A stretch of DNA of 64,000 nt, taken from positions 96,001-160,000 of the IMG/VR virus record IMGVR_UViG_3300014205_000172; one strand, given 5' to 3'. Origin of the DNA: a virus. Its lineage: Duplodnaviria > Caudoviricetes. Below, piece by piece: positions 1-9,991 of this stretch. The notes below the pieces were generated by a model. That model was given only the letters and a program-made list of their open reading frames with translations, made no database searches and was not told the DNA's origin. The first letter of the stretch is position 1. The number at the start of each line of letters is the position of its first letter. Position numbers and translations under genes: made by a program.

Positions 1-4
1 AATA

Positions 5-50
5 GAGCGACAGGTGGAGCAATCCACCTGTTTGCTCACTTTTTCTTTTT
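5..50 (+). terminator. Intrinsic terminator (probably of the upstream chimallin-position gene)
   Basis: GAGCGACAGGTGGA-GCAA-TCCACCTGTTTGCTC hairpin followed by a T-rich tract. Confidence 0.8.
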
Positions 51-74
51 ATGTTGTTAGGGGGATAAGTTACA

Positions 75-1574
75 GTGGAAATAATCACCCACGACGTCCA
101 TGAACCACGGTTTCGTTATCAGGATCGTAAGGGTATCTATCCTTCAATCGTTGATTTCGATGACTTGTACAAGACACTAGAAGTCAGGCCAATCTTGGCA
201 AATGACATCGACCTGTCTACAGAAGCTGGACGTGACCTATTCAGCCGTCTGGTGTACAGTCGTCACGATGGCGATATGTTCAGTAACGTTCCATCGTGTG
301 CATGTGGCGCAACAACACGCGGTAGTCGGATCAACACGATCTGTAAGGAGTGCGGTCAGCCAGTCTTACCACTGACTGAAATGCCAATCCAACCGATCAT
401 CTGGATAAAGGCACCGGAAAAGATCCCTGGGTTTATCAACCTGATGGTCTACCGACACTTAAAGCTTGAGTTTACAAAATCAGGTTTCAGTGCAATCGAT
501 TTCATTATCGATCCAGGATATCGGTCTCCGAAAGCCGATAGCAATGAAGAAGCTGTCATTGTCAACATCCTGGGCGGACCTCGAAACCGTGGTCTGAAAT
601 ACTTCCATGACCATTTCGATGACATCATGGATGCGCTGTGCGCTAGTCGATTCTACATCAAGGCTCAGCAGTCTATCGTCGTCAAGAAATATTTGGCGAA
701 GTTCAGGCATTTGGTGTTTTGTAAGTATCTTCCGTTTCCATCGAAGATTGGTTTCATCATCGAGAACGTCGGCGAGCGTACATTTGCCGATCCTCGGATG
801 GCGCCCGCTATTAGCGCACTGATCTCTCTGTCAAATGTGTCCTTTGGCAAGAACCTGCCACTGAAAGACATTGAGAAACGTGTAGCTCGATCCTTGTCCA
901 AGCTGACCCAGTATTACATGGACAACGAAGGCAAGAATCTGTTTGACAAGTCGGGTGTGTTCCGTAAGCTGGTTTATGGCACTGACCCACACTTCAATGC
1001 TCGAACAGTGATCACGCCGCTTCACAGGCCCCACAAGCACGATTCTATTGAAACCCCTTGGGGTGTCAGTATTCTCATGCTGAAGCTACATATCGCCAAC
1101 AAGCTGCTCAAGGATGATTACACGCCGAACGAAATTTCGACGTTGGTCTATGACAACATCACCCGGACGCAGCCAAAGCTTGAGATGATCATCGATGAGT
1201 TAATCGCTGAAACTCCAGGCGGTAAAGGCATTCCGGTAGGTTGGACGCGATTCCCCGTTCTCATGCGGGGTAGTACGCAGCTTAAGTACATCACTGCGGT
1301 CAAACGTAACCCAACCCAGCTGTCGACATCGACCAGTCCACTGACCGTAACATCAAGTAACGCCGACTTCGATGGTGACTACATGACCATCCAGATGGTA
1401 CTTGATAACGTATGTGCCCTAGCCTATGACCGGTTGGCTGACCACACCGGGATCATGGACCTTAAACATCCGTTCAAAATGAGCAACCACGCAGCGATTC
1501 CTGCGCCCACCCTTACAACGATTAACGCTCGTCTTGAGGAGGGTGTTGCAATCTCACGACCCGTGGAGGAATAA
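75..1574 (+). CDS. Non-virion RNA polymerase beta' subunit, N-terminal part (phiKZ gp55-like)
   Basis: Catalytic NADFDGD motif; N-terminal Zn ribbon CACG...CKECG; SGVFRKLVYG/ARTVITP and RFPVLMRGS match beta' conserved regions. Confidence 0.93.
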   Translation: MEIITHDVHEPRFRYQDRKGIYPSIVDFDDLYKTLEVRPILANDIDLSTEAGRDLFSRLVYSRHDGDMFSNVPSCACGATTRGSRINTICKECGQPVLPLTEMPIQPIIWIKAPEKIPGFINLMVYRHLKLEFTKSGFSAIDFIIDPGYRSPKADSNEEAVIVNILGGPRNRGLKYFHDHFDDIMDALCASRFYIKAQQSIVVKKYLAKFRHLVFCKYLPFPSKIGFIIENVGERTFADPRMAPAISALISLSNVSFGKNLPLKDIEKRVARSLSKLTQYYMDNEGKNLFDKSGVFRKLVYGTDPHFNARTVITPLHRPHKHDSIETPWGVSILMLKLHIANKLLKDDYTPNEISTLVYDNITRTQPKLEMIIDELIAETPGGKGIPVGWTRFPVLMRGSTQLKYITAVKRNPTQLSTSTSPLTVTSSNADFDGDYMTIQMVLDNVCALAYDRLADHTGIMDLKHPFKMSNHAAIPAPTLTTINARLEEGVAISRPVEE

Positions 1575-2194
1575 TGGCACGCTTAGTAGATTGTGATGAA
1601 GATGTCATGCACGCCCGGACTCATGGCGTAATGTCTTCGTCTGACTTAAGCTTCTTCAGAGACCGTTCTGAACGGTCAATGCGGGAGTCTGGTCATTTCA
1701 GATTGGCCTACGCCCAAGAGTCATTCGAGGCTATTGAAGCCTTTGACTTAGCCGGATTGCGAGATCGTGTTGAGGCTACAAACAGCCGGAATGAACATCG
1801 TTGGTACAATAACGTTATTCGTCAGCTGGATGACCTCTACGATATCCGCAATGCATCTGCCATCAACCGCCGGTATCTCATGTCGGATTCTCGGATCAGA
1901 CTGTTACACCAGCAAGGTCGTACTGATGGTTACGGTGATCTGTATCAAGATGAAGATCCGTTCGCTACAGCCCTGGAGCACCAAGCCAACCGTGAGATCA
2001 TCACAGGTAGCTTTGTAGAAGACAACGAGGGGAATGACACCTGGCGGCACTGCATGGGCACCGAAGATGAGAACGGTGACCAGATTGCGCGCTACAGTCA
2101 ACGTGAGATCGTACGTCAAAACCGACGTCGGGCTCATGAACTGCTGGACTTGGGTGGGCTCGATCCATTCAGTCCACTGGGTAAGTCTCTGTAA
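1574..2194 (+). CDS. Hypothetical protein, translationally coupled to beta'N
   Basis: 206 aa ORF, TAATG stop/start overlap, GGAGGA RBS. Confidence 0.8.
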   Translation: MARLVDCDEDVMHARTHGVMSSSDLSFFRDRSERSMRESGHFRLAYAQESFEAIEAFDLAGLRDRVEATNSRNEHRWYNNVIRQLDDLYDIRNASAINRRYLMSDSRIRLLHQQGRTDGYGDLYQDEDPFATALEHQANREIITGSFVEDNEGNDTWRHCMGTEDENGDQIARYSQREIVRQNRRRAHELLDLGGLDPFSPLGKSL

Positions 2195-2199
2195 CCAAC

Positions 2200-2229
2200 C
2201 ATAACGCCAGCCTTCGGGCTGGCGTTATG
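2200..2229. repeat. CATA...TATG hairpin family member (cUUCGg loop)
   Basis: CATAACGCCAGCC-TTCG-GGCTGGCGTTATG perfect 13-bp stem, no U-tract. Confidence 0.75.
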
Positions 2230-2255
2230 CCCTATGATTCCTGGAAGAAAGATTC

Positions 2256-2459
2256 ATGCCCAACTTTGAAGGCGGTGACCGAGTAGTTGCAGCAGTTGAT
2301 ATTTATTTGACGGAACGTGACGGTACTCAAACCGATTACCTCCTGGCTCGTGAAGGCGATCCCATGGTTGTCCGTGATAGCCGCACCATGGAAGTGTCCG
2401 CTTTGTCCAACCCTTTGTTTTCGTTCGAAGTGAAATCCCATCAAATTCGCCCTGAATAA
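2256..2459 (+). CDS. Small hypothetical protein (possible SH3-like beta fold)
   Basis: 67 aa ORF with purine-rich RBS, co-oriented with neighbours. Confidence 0.6.
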   Translation: MPNFEGGDRVVAAVDIYLTERDGTQTDYLLAREGDPMVVRDSRTMEVSALSNPLFSFEVKSHQIRPE

Positions 2460-2471
2460 AAGGAAGTCTCC

Positions 2472-2852
2472 ATGCAACACATGACAAAAATCATGGTACC
2501 GGTTGAGCTTACCTACGACGGTAGCGTGTCGGTTGAAGAAGTTCAGGCAATGGTTGCCAATGTTCTAGAACTGGCCCGGATCGATGGCCGGTTGAGTACT
2601 GAACAAATGGGTGAGATCGGTTGCACTTCTGCAGTTGTTCAATTCCCGAAAGTGAAGCTGTGCACTCTTTATAAAGGCCCAGCTGAGGTATGTCCTGCGC
2701 TTGAAGAGTACTGCGGATCGGGTGATAGTTTGGTAAGCCTCGCCGCCGACAACGAATCTTGCACGCTAGAAGTCTTCGATAATTACGCTGAATTCAGACC
2801 GTTTCCAGCTGCATCAACGCTGATTATAACGCCTAGCAATCTGACGGCATAA
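2472..2852 (+). CDS. Hypothetical protein
   Basis: 126 aa, AAGGAAG RBS. Confidence 0.7.
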   Translation: MQHMTKIMVPVELTYDGSVSVEEVQAMVANVLELARIDGRLSTEQMGEIGCTSAVVQFPKVKLCTLYKGPAEVCPALEEYCGSGDSLVSLAADNESCTLEVFDNYAEFRPFPAASTLIITPSNLTA

Positions 2853-2871
2853 CTTTAAAGGTAGGTACCTC

Positions 2872-3438
2872 ATGGATCAGCAACAAGTTTATTCGCTAGC
2901 AACTCTGGCCGGTCTGAAGAACTGCGGTTATGAAAAGATCCGCAATGATTACTGGCCTTCCCATTCGGACTACGACCATCTACGTGAACAATATCCATGG
3001 TGGATTATCACCACCGAGTTCGGCGCCATTCGCGTAGGATACCGCAAGCGCGTTATCCACATCGACTGGATCAACACCAACCGTCGTGGTATTGTTACTG
3101 AAGACGATGTGACCAAAGAAGACTACATGGCCCATGCCTGGGATCTGGGTAAAGCAGTTACCTACATGAAGGCAATTGCATCCCTCCCAATCGTCGATGT
3201 CACGTTGCCAGAGTTCAAACAATATCACGTCACCAGCTTTGCCGACATCAAAGTGTTTATAAGGGACTTCAATAACGAAGCTCCTGAACACAAGTTGATG
3301 ACCGCGTTGCTTGAAACCATTGATCCGGATGTAACGCCGACCACGCTTACCTACTGCAACAAGAAAGAAGGTGGTGGGATCAGTCGTTATACCCTGCACA
3401 TCGGCACCTTCCGCATTGAGTGGGTGTCTAAACGGTAG
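2872..3438 (+). CDS. Hypothetical protein
   Basis: 188 aa, AGGTAGG RBS; Trp-rich segment PWWIITTEFGAIRVGYRKRVIHIDW. Confidence 0.75.
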   Translation: MDQQQVYSLATLAGLKNCGYEKIRNDYWPSHSDYDHLREQYPWWIITTEFGAIRVGYRKRVIHIDWINTNRRGIVTEDDVTKEDYMAHAWDLGKAVTYMKAIASLPIVDVTLPEFKQYHVTSFADIKVFIRDFNNEAPEHKLMTALLETIDPDVTPTTLTYCNKKEGGGISRYTLHIGTFRIEWVSKR

Positions 3439-3448
3439 GTAGTTAATT

Positions 3449-3559
3449 GTGTCTATTCTTAAAGCCATGCTTCAAAGTGTAATTTCGCGGTCGGTCATCG
3501 TCAGCGGTAAATCTATTAAACGTCAGCAAACTGGCACTGAAGAAAAGAAAAAAGACTAA
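3449..3559 (+). CDS. Putative 36-aa basic peptide (not in ORF track)
   Basis: GTG start after GGTAGGT; MSILKAMLQSVISRSVIVSGKSIKRQQTGTEEKKKD; ends just before a terminator. Confidence 0.4.
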   Translation: MSILKAMLQSVISRSVIVSGKSIKRQQTGTEEKKKD

Positions 3560-3567
3560 CAACACAC

Positions 3568-3609
3568 GTAGGGGTCTTCAGACCCCTACACCCCACCTTT
3601 CTTTTTTTT
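3568..3609 (+). terminator. Intrinsic terminator
   Basis: GTAGGGGTC-TTCA-GACCCCTAC then T8 tract. Confidence 0.7.
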
Positions 3610-3641
3610 GTCTATTAGATGTCTACTACCACCACTTGAGA

Positions 3642-4073
3642 ATGACCATGGTCCAAAAAGTAGCTACTCTAGGAATGGAAGGGTTTCTTGAGGACATCAA
3701 CCTTAAAATTGACTACCTCATGTGCTGCTACTTCTATTCCAAGTTCAAGCAGTCAACGCTATACAGAGACAAGATTGTTTCTCTGTCAAAGACTTTGCAG
3801 ATGCATGGGCATGATGCCATTGAAGCAAAGATGGCCATGCAGGCTGACCTACAGGACTACCTGTCCAAATTCTTCACTACTGCCTTTGCGGAGGTTACTA
3901 ACTTAACCGCAGAGGACGACCCTGGTATTAACTTACAGATCAACGCAATAGTAAGTGAGCAAGGGACCATTGAAGGTAACTCAGTCAGTGTTGGTTACTC
4001 GGTCTTCAGTAAAGACTCCATGCTCAAACAACTTATCAACCGGTCAAATGGCACGACCATTTATAGCGCCTGA
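3642..4073 (+). CDS. Hypothetical protein (core-block position)
   Basis: About 143 aa ORF; start probably ATG 3642 or 3648. Confidence 0.7.
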   Translation: MTMVQKVATLGMEGFLEDINLKIDYLMCCYFYSKFKQSTLYRDKIVSLSKTLQMHGHDAIEAKMAMQADLQDYLSKFFTTAFAEVTNLTAEDDPGINLQINAIVSEQGTIEGNSVSVGYSVFSKDSMLKQLINRSNGTTIYSA

Positions 4074-4093
4074 CCATTATTAAGGATGTACCA

Positions 4094-4687
4094 ATGACCA
4101 CTCCAGTCACCGAGCAAGAAATCCCATTCGCACTGCCAACCACTCGTGATGGCTTCAAGCAACTGTTCGCCGAGTTGTTCAGCGAAACCATGTCCAACCC
4201 GGACAATGCTGCTCTGTTGGCCAAGACCCTTTTCGCCGCCAGCCACAATGCCCTGCTGGGTCAGATTGGTGAACGCATCCGCGAACAGCGTAAGCCAGTG
4301 GTCGTGCGTGAAGCTTACGACGATGCCTGGAAGTGCACCGTACAAGGCGGCCTGAACGGCACCCTGACCGTACTCATCGAAGAACAACTCGATGGTATCT
4401 GGACCAAGCTGAAAGCCGAAGACAGCCTGTATCAGAAAGCCTCCGGCCTGGTCCTGTCGCAAACTGCCGTGCCTGGCGATGTGTTCTATCTCACTGATAG
4501 CTTGCGTATCGAAGCTGCGCGTGAATCGTACGTCGATGCATACATGGCACATCTGAACAAAGAGCAACAAGCTGCTCAAGATGCCCTTCATCTGAAGGCT
4601 ATTGCCGAATTCAGCGAAGCTACTGAGGCCGCTGGCGGTAAATTGCTAGACGCTGCAGGCGCCAGTCAACAGCCTGAAGAAGTGTAA
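4094..4687 (+). CDS. Hypothetical protein
   Basis: 197 aa, TAAGGA RBS, biased codon usage. Confidence 0.8.
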   Translation: MTTPVTEQEIPFALPTTRDGFKQLFAELFSETMSNPDNAALLAKTLFAASHNALLGQIGERIREQRKPVVVREAYDDAWKCTVQGGLNGTLTVLIEEQLDGIWTKLKAEDSLYQKASGLVLSQTAVPGDVFYLTDSLRIEAARESYVDAYMAHLNKEQQAAQDALHLKAIAEFSEATEAAGGKLLDAAGASQQPEEV

Positions 4688-4701
4688 CTGATAACAAAAC
4701 T

Positions 4702-4743
4702 CATAGACGGAGTGGGCGAAAGCCCACTCCGTCTATTTATTTA
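4702..4743 (+). terminator. Terminator hairpin (CATA-type variant, GAAA loop)
   Basis: ATAGACGGAGTGGGC-GAAA-GCCCACTCCGTCTAT then TTATTT. Confidence 0.75.
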
Positions 4744-4758
4744 GTTGAGGATTATGTA

Positions 4759-5388
4759 ATGACCGATAAGCCAGACGAACTCGACTACAGCCACTTGAGC
4801 GGTGCTTTAAAAGCCGGCCTGACCGACTGGGATGATGCGGCTAACATGATTCTGAGCATGTCTCAGGCAATGATCCGCCGAGTGCCTGAAGAGTACTTCA
4901 CAGCGAAGGTGTTGCCTATTATCAGGGCATGGGTGCAGGGCATACCTGTAGAAGTGGGTCAGTGGATGAACATCGCCGACGGCATGGAGAATGAAATCAT
5001 CGTCGTAGATTCAAAGAACGTTGAGCTGTTCATTTGCCCTCCTCCATTTATACCCATGATCCCTAAGTCAGAGTTCGGTGAAAAGAACCGCGAATCAGCT
5101 TTCGCGGTAGTTCACGCTCAAGGCATGATGTACGATGCTGGCGAGATCCGTCAGGGTAACGCTATTGATGAAGCATTGTTTGAACTTGTGGTTGAAAAGC
5201 CAGACATTGCGATAAAAACAGCAGCGATCGATAAAATGATCTACATCTACCAGCGTTATGACTTACCAATGGTAGAACTGCTAGGAAGCCACACCGATGA
5301 AATCATGAAAGCGCGAGGCGCCCCGGTTAAGGCAGCCACTGAAAGTAAGGCGATTCCTGATGACGAAGAAGACACCCTCATCTACTGA
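4759..5388 (+). CDS. Hypothetical protein (core-block position)
   Basis: 209 aa, GAGGA RBS, overlaps the next gene. Confidence 0.8.
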   Translation: MTDKPDELDYSHLSGALKAGLTDWDDAANMILSMSQAMIRRVPEEYFTAKVLPIIRAWVQGIPVEVGQWMNIADGMENEIIVVDSKNVELFICPPPFIPMIPKSEFGEKNRESAFAVVHAQGMMYDAGEIRQGNAIDEALFELVVEKPDIAIKTAAIDKMIYIYQRYDLPMVELLGSHTDEIMKARGAPVKAATESKAIPDDEEDTLIY

Positions 5389-6481
5389 TGCGGTAAACAT
5401 TGCTTGGATCAGCGATATCCACTTAGGTCACCGCCGAGTGCCGACCAAGAAGATTATTGCATACTTGGAGAGTCTATTTAACGATAAGACTTTCCCCAAT
5501 TACAAAGCTATCGTGATCTCTGGCGATCTGTTTGATAAGCGCCTGGCTCACGATAGTGAAGAAGCTATGCTGGTATCCTTCTGGATGACGGATATGTGCG
5601 TGCTTGCTAAACGGCACAATGTTTCTATTGTTGTGCTGCTAGGTACCCTGAGTCACGACCAGGGTCAGCCAAAATGGTTTGTCTCGATCAATGGTAAGAT
5701 CTCCAAGATTGCAGCAGATGTTCGGTACTACGATAAGATCACGGTAGACAAGCTGTATCCAGGTGGTCCCGATACATTGTTCATCCCGGATGAGATGAAT
5801 CATGTCGCTGACACTACGTACAAGGAAGCCGTAGAGGTCATTAAGCTCGCGGGACTAGATAAGGTAAAGGTTGCAGTGATGCACGGTATGTTCCACTTCC
5901 AGGAGCCTATCCGCACTGTGGTGAGTCATGATGAAGCCAAGTATCACGAAATTGTTGAACACCTGGTCATCATCGGCCATCACCACACTCACGCCAAGTC
6001 TGGTATCATCCGAGTACCGGGGTCGATAGAGCGACTGCGGCATGGTGAAGAGGAAGACAAGGGTCATCTTGAAACACTTTACTCTCCGACTGAAGGTGTT
6101 CTGGAAGAACATTTCATCGTCAATAAGAATGCCGAGATATTCTCGACGGTTGATATGCAGGGTTTGCCTTTAAACGAAGTCATAGCCCACCTGGAGACTC
6201 TTAATCATCTCCCCGATGGCAGTAGACTAAGACTGTTAGTAAGTCGCAATGACGAAGCTTACAGCGGCATGCCGGGGATCAAGAATAAATTCCCACACTT
6301 TAGCATCGAGCCTAAAGTGGCGGAGTTGGTTAAGAGTAATAAAGATACGACGGAGTTGATCTCAAGACCCGTTATGACATCTATCCGACCTGACACTTTA
6401 AAAGGCTTGATCATGCCTAGAATTAAAGATGTGTCAGCTGAAACATTAAAGGCCATCGAGGTCAAGTTAGATAATCTCTAA
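5360..6481 (+). CDS. sbcD: SbcD/Mre11-like metallophosphoesterase nuclease
   Basis: Motifs SDIHLG, GDLFD, GTLSHD (GNHD variant), MHG, GHHH, PGS. Confidence 0.88.
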   Translation: MTKKTPSSTDAVNIAWISDIHLGHRRVPTKKIIAYLESLFNDKTFPNYKAIVISGDLFDKRLAHDSEEAMLVSFWMTDMCVLAKRHNVSIVVLLGTLSHDQGQPKWFVSINGKISKIAADVRYYDKITVDKLYPGGPDTLFIPDEMNHVADTTYKEAVEVIKLAGLDKVKVAVMHGMFHFQEPIRTVVSHDEAKYHEIVEHLVIIGHHHTHAKSGIIRVPGSIERLRHGEEEDKGHLETLYSPTEGVLEEHFIVNKNAEIFSTVDMQGLPLNEVIAHLETLNHLPDGSRLRLLVSRNDEAYSGMPGIKNKFPHFSIEPKVAELVKSNKDTTELISRPVMTSIRPDTLKGLIMPRIKDVSAETLKAIEVKLDNL

Positions 6482-6496
6482 CTGTAGGAGTGCATC

Positions 6497-7357
6497 ATGT
6501 CAGCGGCACAAGACAAATCACGAGAAGTGATCTCCAATCGAGCAGTTGGACAATTCCCAATTTCCATTGCGACAAGTCTGGCATTTGAATCAGCCATCGG
6601 CATCCTTCCGGAAGCACCTGCTCCAGAACCCGAGATTAAAAAACGGGATCTGATCATGGTCAACGTCCGTACCTTGATCCGTAATCTGCTGGGGTCTTTC
6701 GAGAAGGAGGATAAAGTCCATCTGGAGAACTATACGCTCGCTGAAGCCTTGGTTGGCGAGATGCGTGTGATGGAGACCTTGGCCGTTGAACATTCCAATG
6801 GGCGCTGTCGTGTTGAGTTCTACACCTGCACCTACGATGACCTGCAGACCAAATTTACAAGGGCTCTGATTAAAGTCCCGACGACACCGCTTCAAGTTGC
6901 TTACATGGGGATTGAAAAGGATATTCTCAAATACATCAAGGATGATTTCAAGTCAGCACCACCAGTCGAAGAATATACCCGTAACTTTAAAGATCATTCG
7001 GGCGATGCATTGATTGTCACGCACTTCCCGATCGACCTGCTTCAACGCTACAGGTTTAATTCCCTGTCATTGCTCGAATCCTACACCGGCGCTATTAAAC
7101 CCCCGTTGCTGTGGAACACAAAGCTTAAAGATGGCAAGGAGTTTGAAAACATTCCGTTTGATCGGATGACGCTACAGATGTTCGGCGATGGTGTTTTGTT
7201 TGCACCTATGCCTATCAAGATTCGTCAACGTGTGTATTCGATCGCTATCAAGCAACAGTGGACTCCGGCTTCTACAAAGGACTGGATTATCCGTGGTATC
7301 GAAGCGCACCGAGATCCTGCACTTGAGGTACTTGTTAAAGACTTGTACCGTAAGTAG
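6497..7357 (+). CDS. Hypothetical protein (core-block position)
   Basis: 286 aa, AGGAG RBS, lies between sbcD and the ChmC-position gene. Confidence 0.8.
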   Translation: MSAAQDKSREVISNRAVGQFPISIATSLAFESAIGILPEAPAPEPEIKKRDLIMVNVRTLIRNLLGSFEKEDKVHLENYTLAEALVGEMRVMETLAVEHSNGRCRVEFYTCTYDDLQTKFTRALIKVPTTPLQVAYMGIEKDILKYIKDDFKSAPPVEEYTRNFKDHSGDALIVTHFPIDLLQRYRFNSLSLLESYTGAIKPPLLWNTKLKDGKEFENIPFDRMTLQMFGDGVLFAPMPIKIRQRVYSIAIKQQWTPASTKDWIIRGIEAHRDPALEVLVKDLYRK

Positions 7358-7408
7358 TTACGCCATGTACAGATGCTTTGATTAAACCCACCTACAGGTA
7401 GAGAGAAC

Positions 7409-8185
7409 ATGTCCGACCAACGCCAAGCCTGGGTCCCGACCGTAATGGACGAGCGCACCCTGAAACTGTACGGCACCCACCCGCTGGCAGAAGGTGCTTT
7501 CAAACCCGAATTCGCTATCAAGTGGATTCAGAAGACCAACGCCTTCTCGATCAAGGTAAGCACCGGCACCAAGACTGAGAAAGGGTTCCCCATCTCGATC
7601 GAAACCGCCATCAATGCCCTGTCTGTAATGGAGTTGATGGAGCTGATCGATACCGTTTCCAAAGCGCCGGGCGCAGTGTCTTTCGAAATGGACAACTGGG
7701 GTCAGCCCTTTATCTGGGATAACACTCAGAAGAAATCCATCCGTAGCCCTGACATCATCAACGTATCGCGCTTCCAAGTGGCCAAGCGTGAAGATGGTTC
7801 GGTGGTATTGAGCGTCGCGGCAAAAGGTAAGAAAGAGCTGGAATTCGAATTCAACGGCTCTGACTTCCACCGCATCCTTAAAGCCGGTGACGCGCACAAG
7901 GCGATGGCCTCACGTATCGCTGCAGTAACCTGGGCTGGTTTCTGGAAGAAGTTTGCTTACGACAAGTACAAGACCGCTTGGCAAGAAACCGAATACGACA
8001 AAAGCAAGCGTCTCGAACGTGCCGCCAAGGCATTGGAAAAGAGCGGCGGTCGCAATAACTACGGTGGCGGTGGCGGTGGTAGTCGACCTCCTCAACCTCA
8101 GCAACAACAGCGTCCTCAAGCGCCGGCTCCGGCACCTGCTCCACAAGGTGACTTCGACAGCTTCGACGAAGACGTTCCGTTTTAG
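7409..8185 (+). CDS. ChmC/Imp6-like (phiKZ gp67 position) single-stranded nucleic-acid-binding protein with an SSB-like acidic tail
   Basis: Directly upstream of the gp68-like gene; beta-rich N-domain, G/Q/P disordered linker, C-terminal DFDSFDEDVPF. Confidence 0.7.
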   Translation: MSDQRQAWVPTVMDERTLKLYGTHPLAEGAFKPEFAIKWIQKTNAFSIKVSTGTKTEKGFPISIETAINALSVMELMELIDTVSKAPGAVSFEMDNWGQPFIWDNTQKKSIRSPDIINVSRFQVAKREDGSVVLSVAAKGKKELEFEFNGSDFHRILKAGDAHKAMASRIAAVTWAGFWKKFAYDKYKTAWQETEYDKSKRLERAAKALEKSGGRNNYGGGGGGSRPPQPQQQQRPQAPAPAPAPQGDFDSFDEDVPF

Positions 8186-8219
8186 ACACCAGACCCCTGG
8201 GACTTGATCTCAAAGTAGC

Positions 8220-8270
8220 CATAAAGAATGCCCTCAATCGTGCTTCCGCGATTGAGGGTGTTTATGCCGC
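8220..8270. repeat. CATA...TATG hairpin family member
   Basis: CATAAAG..GCCCTCAATCG...CGATTGAGGGT.TTTATGCCGC. Confidence 0.65.
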
Positions 8271-8340
8271 TTGGTATGATTTCACTGAAGCACCATAGAC
8301 TATGGTAATGCCCCGAGTACCATCTTCCTTTACTTTTCTA

Positions 8341-8354
8341 CAGCAATACATTAC
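8341..8354 (+). promoter_or_regulatory. Putative early (virion-RNAP) promoter motif
   Basis: CAGCAATACATTAC, one of 6 copies of a CAGYMAYACATTAC-like motif at operon starts. Confidence 0.6.
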
Positions 8355-8385
8355 TTACCCGATGACCTACGCCTGGAGTTAATTG

Positions 8386-9966
8386 ATGGAGTTCAAAATT
8401 GCGACTTTTACGGTCAGGAGTTTCTCGATCGTACAAGCAAGCCACGGGGATGAAGTAGAGCTTGTCTTTAACACCGCCGGATACACCTCAACTAAACCTG
8501 GGGCAATCAAGCGCGATGATGGAAACGAGATGGGTACTAAGATTGAACTCTTTGAAGAGATCAATGCCCTGATTGCCACACTGCCACCCGCTTCTCAAGA
8601 TGCGCTGTACGGTGAGTATTCTCGCCTGGATAGCGTGCTGACTAGCTTCCACGTCATCGGCGCTTCTGGTCTGTCGGCCATGAAGCAATTACGAGAAGAT
8701 TTATCGGGGATCATTAAAAGCATTTACGAGCTTGTGTCATTTGCAGCTTTGCGTGAATACATCGTCAATAGTCCAAACATTCGACTGCCCATCGAACTGG
8801 CCGACGATTACATCACCACTGATAAAGTAACACCGCTGTATAAGGAACGAACGTATCTGCGTTCAGAGTACATCGACCTGGATGCGTTTGCGCTGGGCCT
8901 GCGGCTGATGATTCCTATCTGGGGCGGGTATTTGCCGATTGCTGAAACAGAGCACGGTAAGATGAAAGAGTACGATGCCTTCAAGTTGCTGTATGGTTCG
9001 GCAATGATGAAGACACCTGTGTTCGATCGACTTGAACGTTACCTGGCTGCCAACCTGGATGTCAGCAAATACGAACTGTCCGTGGTATCGAAGTTCCTTT
9101 CGGCCGATGGCGTTCCTGGGTTCTTGGCATCGTTTGCCTTGATCCGTAAAGTCAGTGTGGCACCTCTGTCGGCAGTGTCTGACAAAGACCACTTGATGAA
9201 GATCATTTACAACTACGTCATCGGTGATAAGAACCGAGTGCCGGCAGCGTTCGCCAGTAACATTCGCGATAAGAAACCAGAAGACTCATCGTCTGAAGGT
9301 AACGAAAGCGTTTGGGGTATCTTTAAGATGAAGACCAAAATCTCCACAGGGGATTTGGCAATCATCGAAGAGTACATGGAAAAGTATCAGCGCGCTGCGA
9401 AGAAGATTGCGCCAACACTCTCGGATGAGCGTATCGAGATGTGTGTACAAAATGCATTGACGCTCCATGACTTTGATCCGACCTATGGTCAGGAATGGTT
9501 AGTCATGCAAGTGTGTTCCACAGTTATTGTAGGTACTGCTATCGAGCTGATGGACCGGATACCTGGTCTGATTGCGGCCGGTGTTGTGCAAGCCGTACTG
9601 TGGGAGTGGAATCTGCCACAATTGGCAATTCTGACAACGGCTCGTATTGCTAAGCTTAAAGAAGGAGAAATGATTCAACCTATGCGGCGATTGCCCATCG
9701 CAGCAGATATCTTGGAACAATTTAATGTGATCTATCCGTACTTGGCTCCAGAGCCTCGCCGCGGTGATCCGATCCAGTCGACCAACGTCGGTGTCATCAA
9801 CGTTGAGAAGCATGTCCCACACTTCTATCGTCACGACTGGGTACCACAATGCCCTGTTGAACTTGCAAAGAGCTACTACCGGTCTGATAAGACCCGTCGT
9901 ATTGAAGTCACCGGCGACCTAAACAGTCAGCTGGGTGAAATGCTCATCAAGATCAATAACTTTTAA
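8386..9966 (+). CDS. nvRNAP promoter-specificity (sigma-like) subunit, phiKZ gp68-like
   Basis: About 526 aa, predicted helical; size and synteny three co-oriented genes upstream of betaC match gp68. Confidence 0.72.
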   Translation: MEFKIATFTVRSFSIVQASHGDEVELVFNTAGYTSTKPGAIKRDDGNEMGTKIELFEEINALIATLPPASQDALYGEYSRLDSVLTSFHVIGASGLSAMKQLREDLSGIIKSIYELVSFAALREYIVNSPNIRLPIELADDYITTDKVTPLYKERTYLRSEYIDLDAFALGLRLMIPIWGGYLPIAETEHGKMKEYDAFKLLYGSAMMKTPVFDRLERYLAANLDVSKYELSVVSKFLSADGVPGFLASFALIRKVSVAPLSAVSDKDHLMKIIYNYVIGDKNRVPAAFASNIRDKKPEDSSSEGNESVWGIFKMKTKISTGDLAIIEEYMEKYQRAAKKIAPTLSDERIEMCVQNALTLHDFDPTYGQEWLVMQVCSTVIVGTAIELMDRIPGLIAAGVVQAVLWEWNLPQLAILTTARIAKLKEGEMIQPMRRLPIAADILEQFNVIYPYLAPEPRRGDPIQSTNVGVINVEKHVPHFYRHDWVPQCPVELAKSYYRSDKTRRIEVTGDLNSQLGEMLIKINNF

Positions 9967-9991
9967 ATCCGCTAAGCCCTGAGGGATAATC

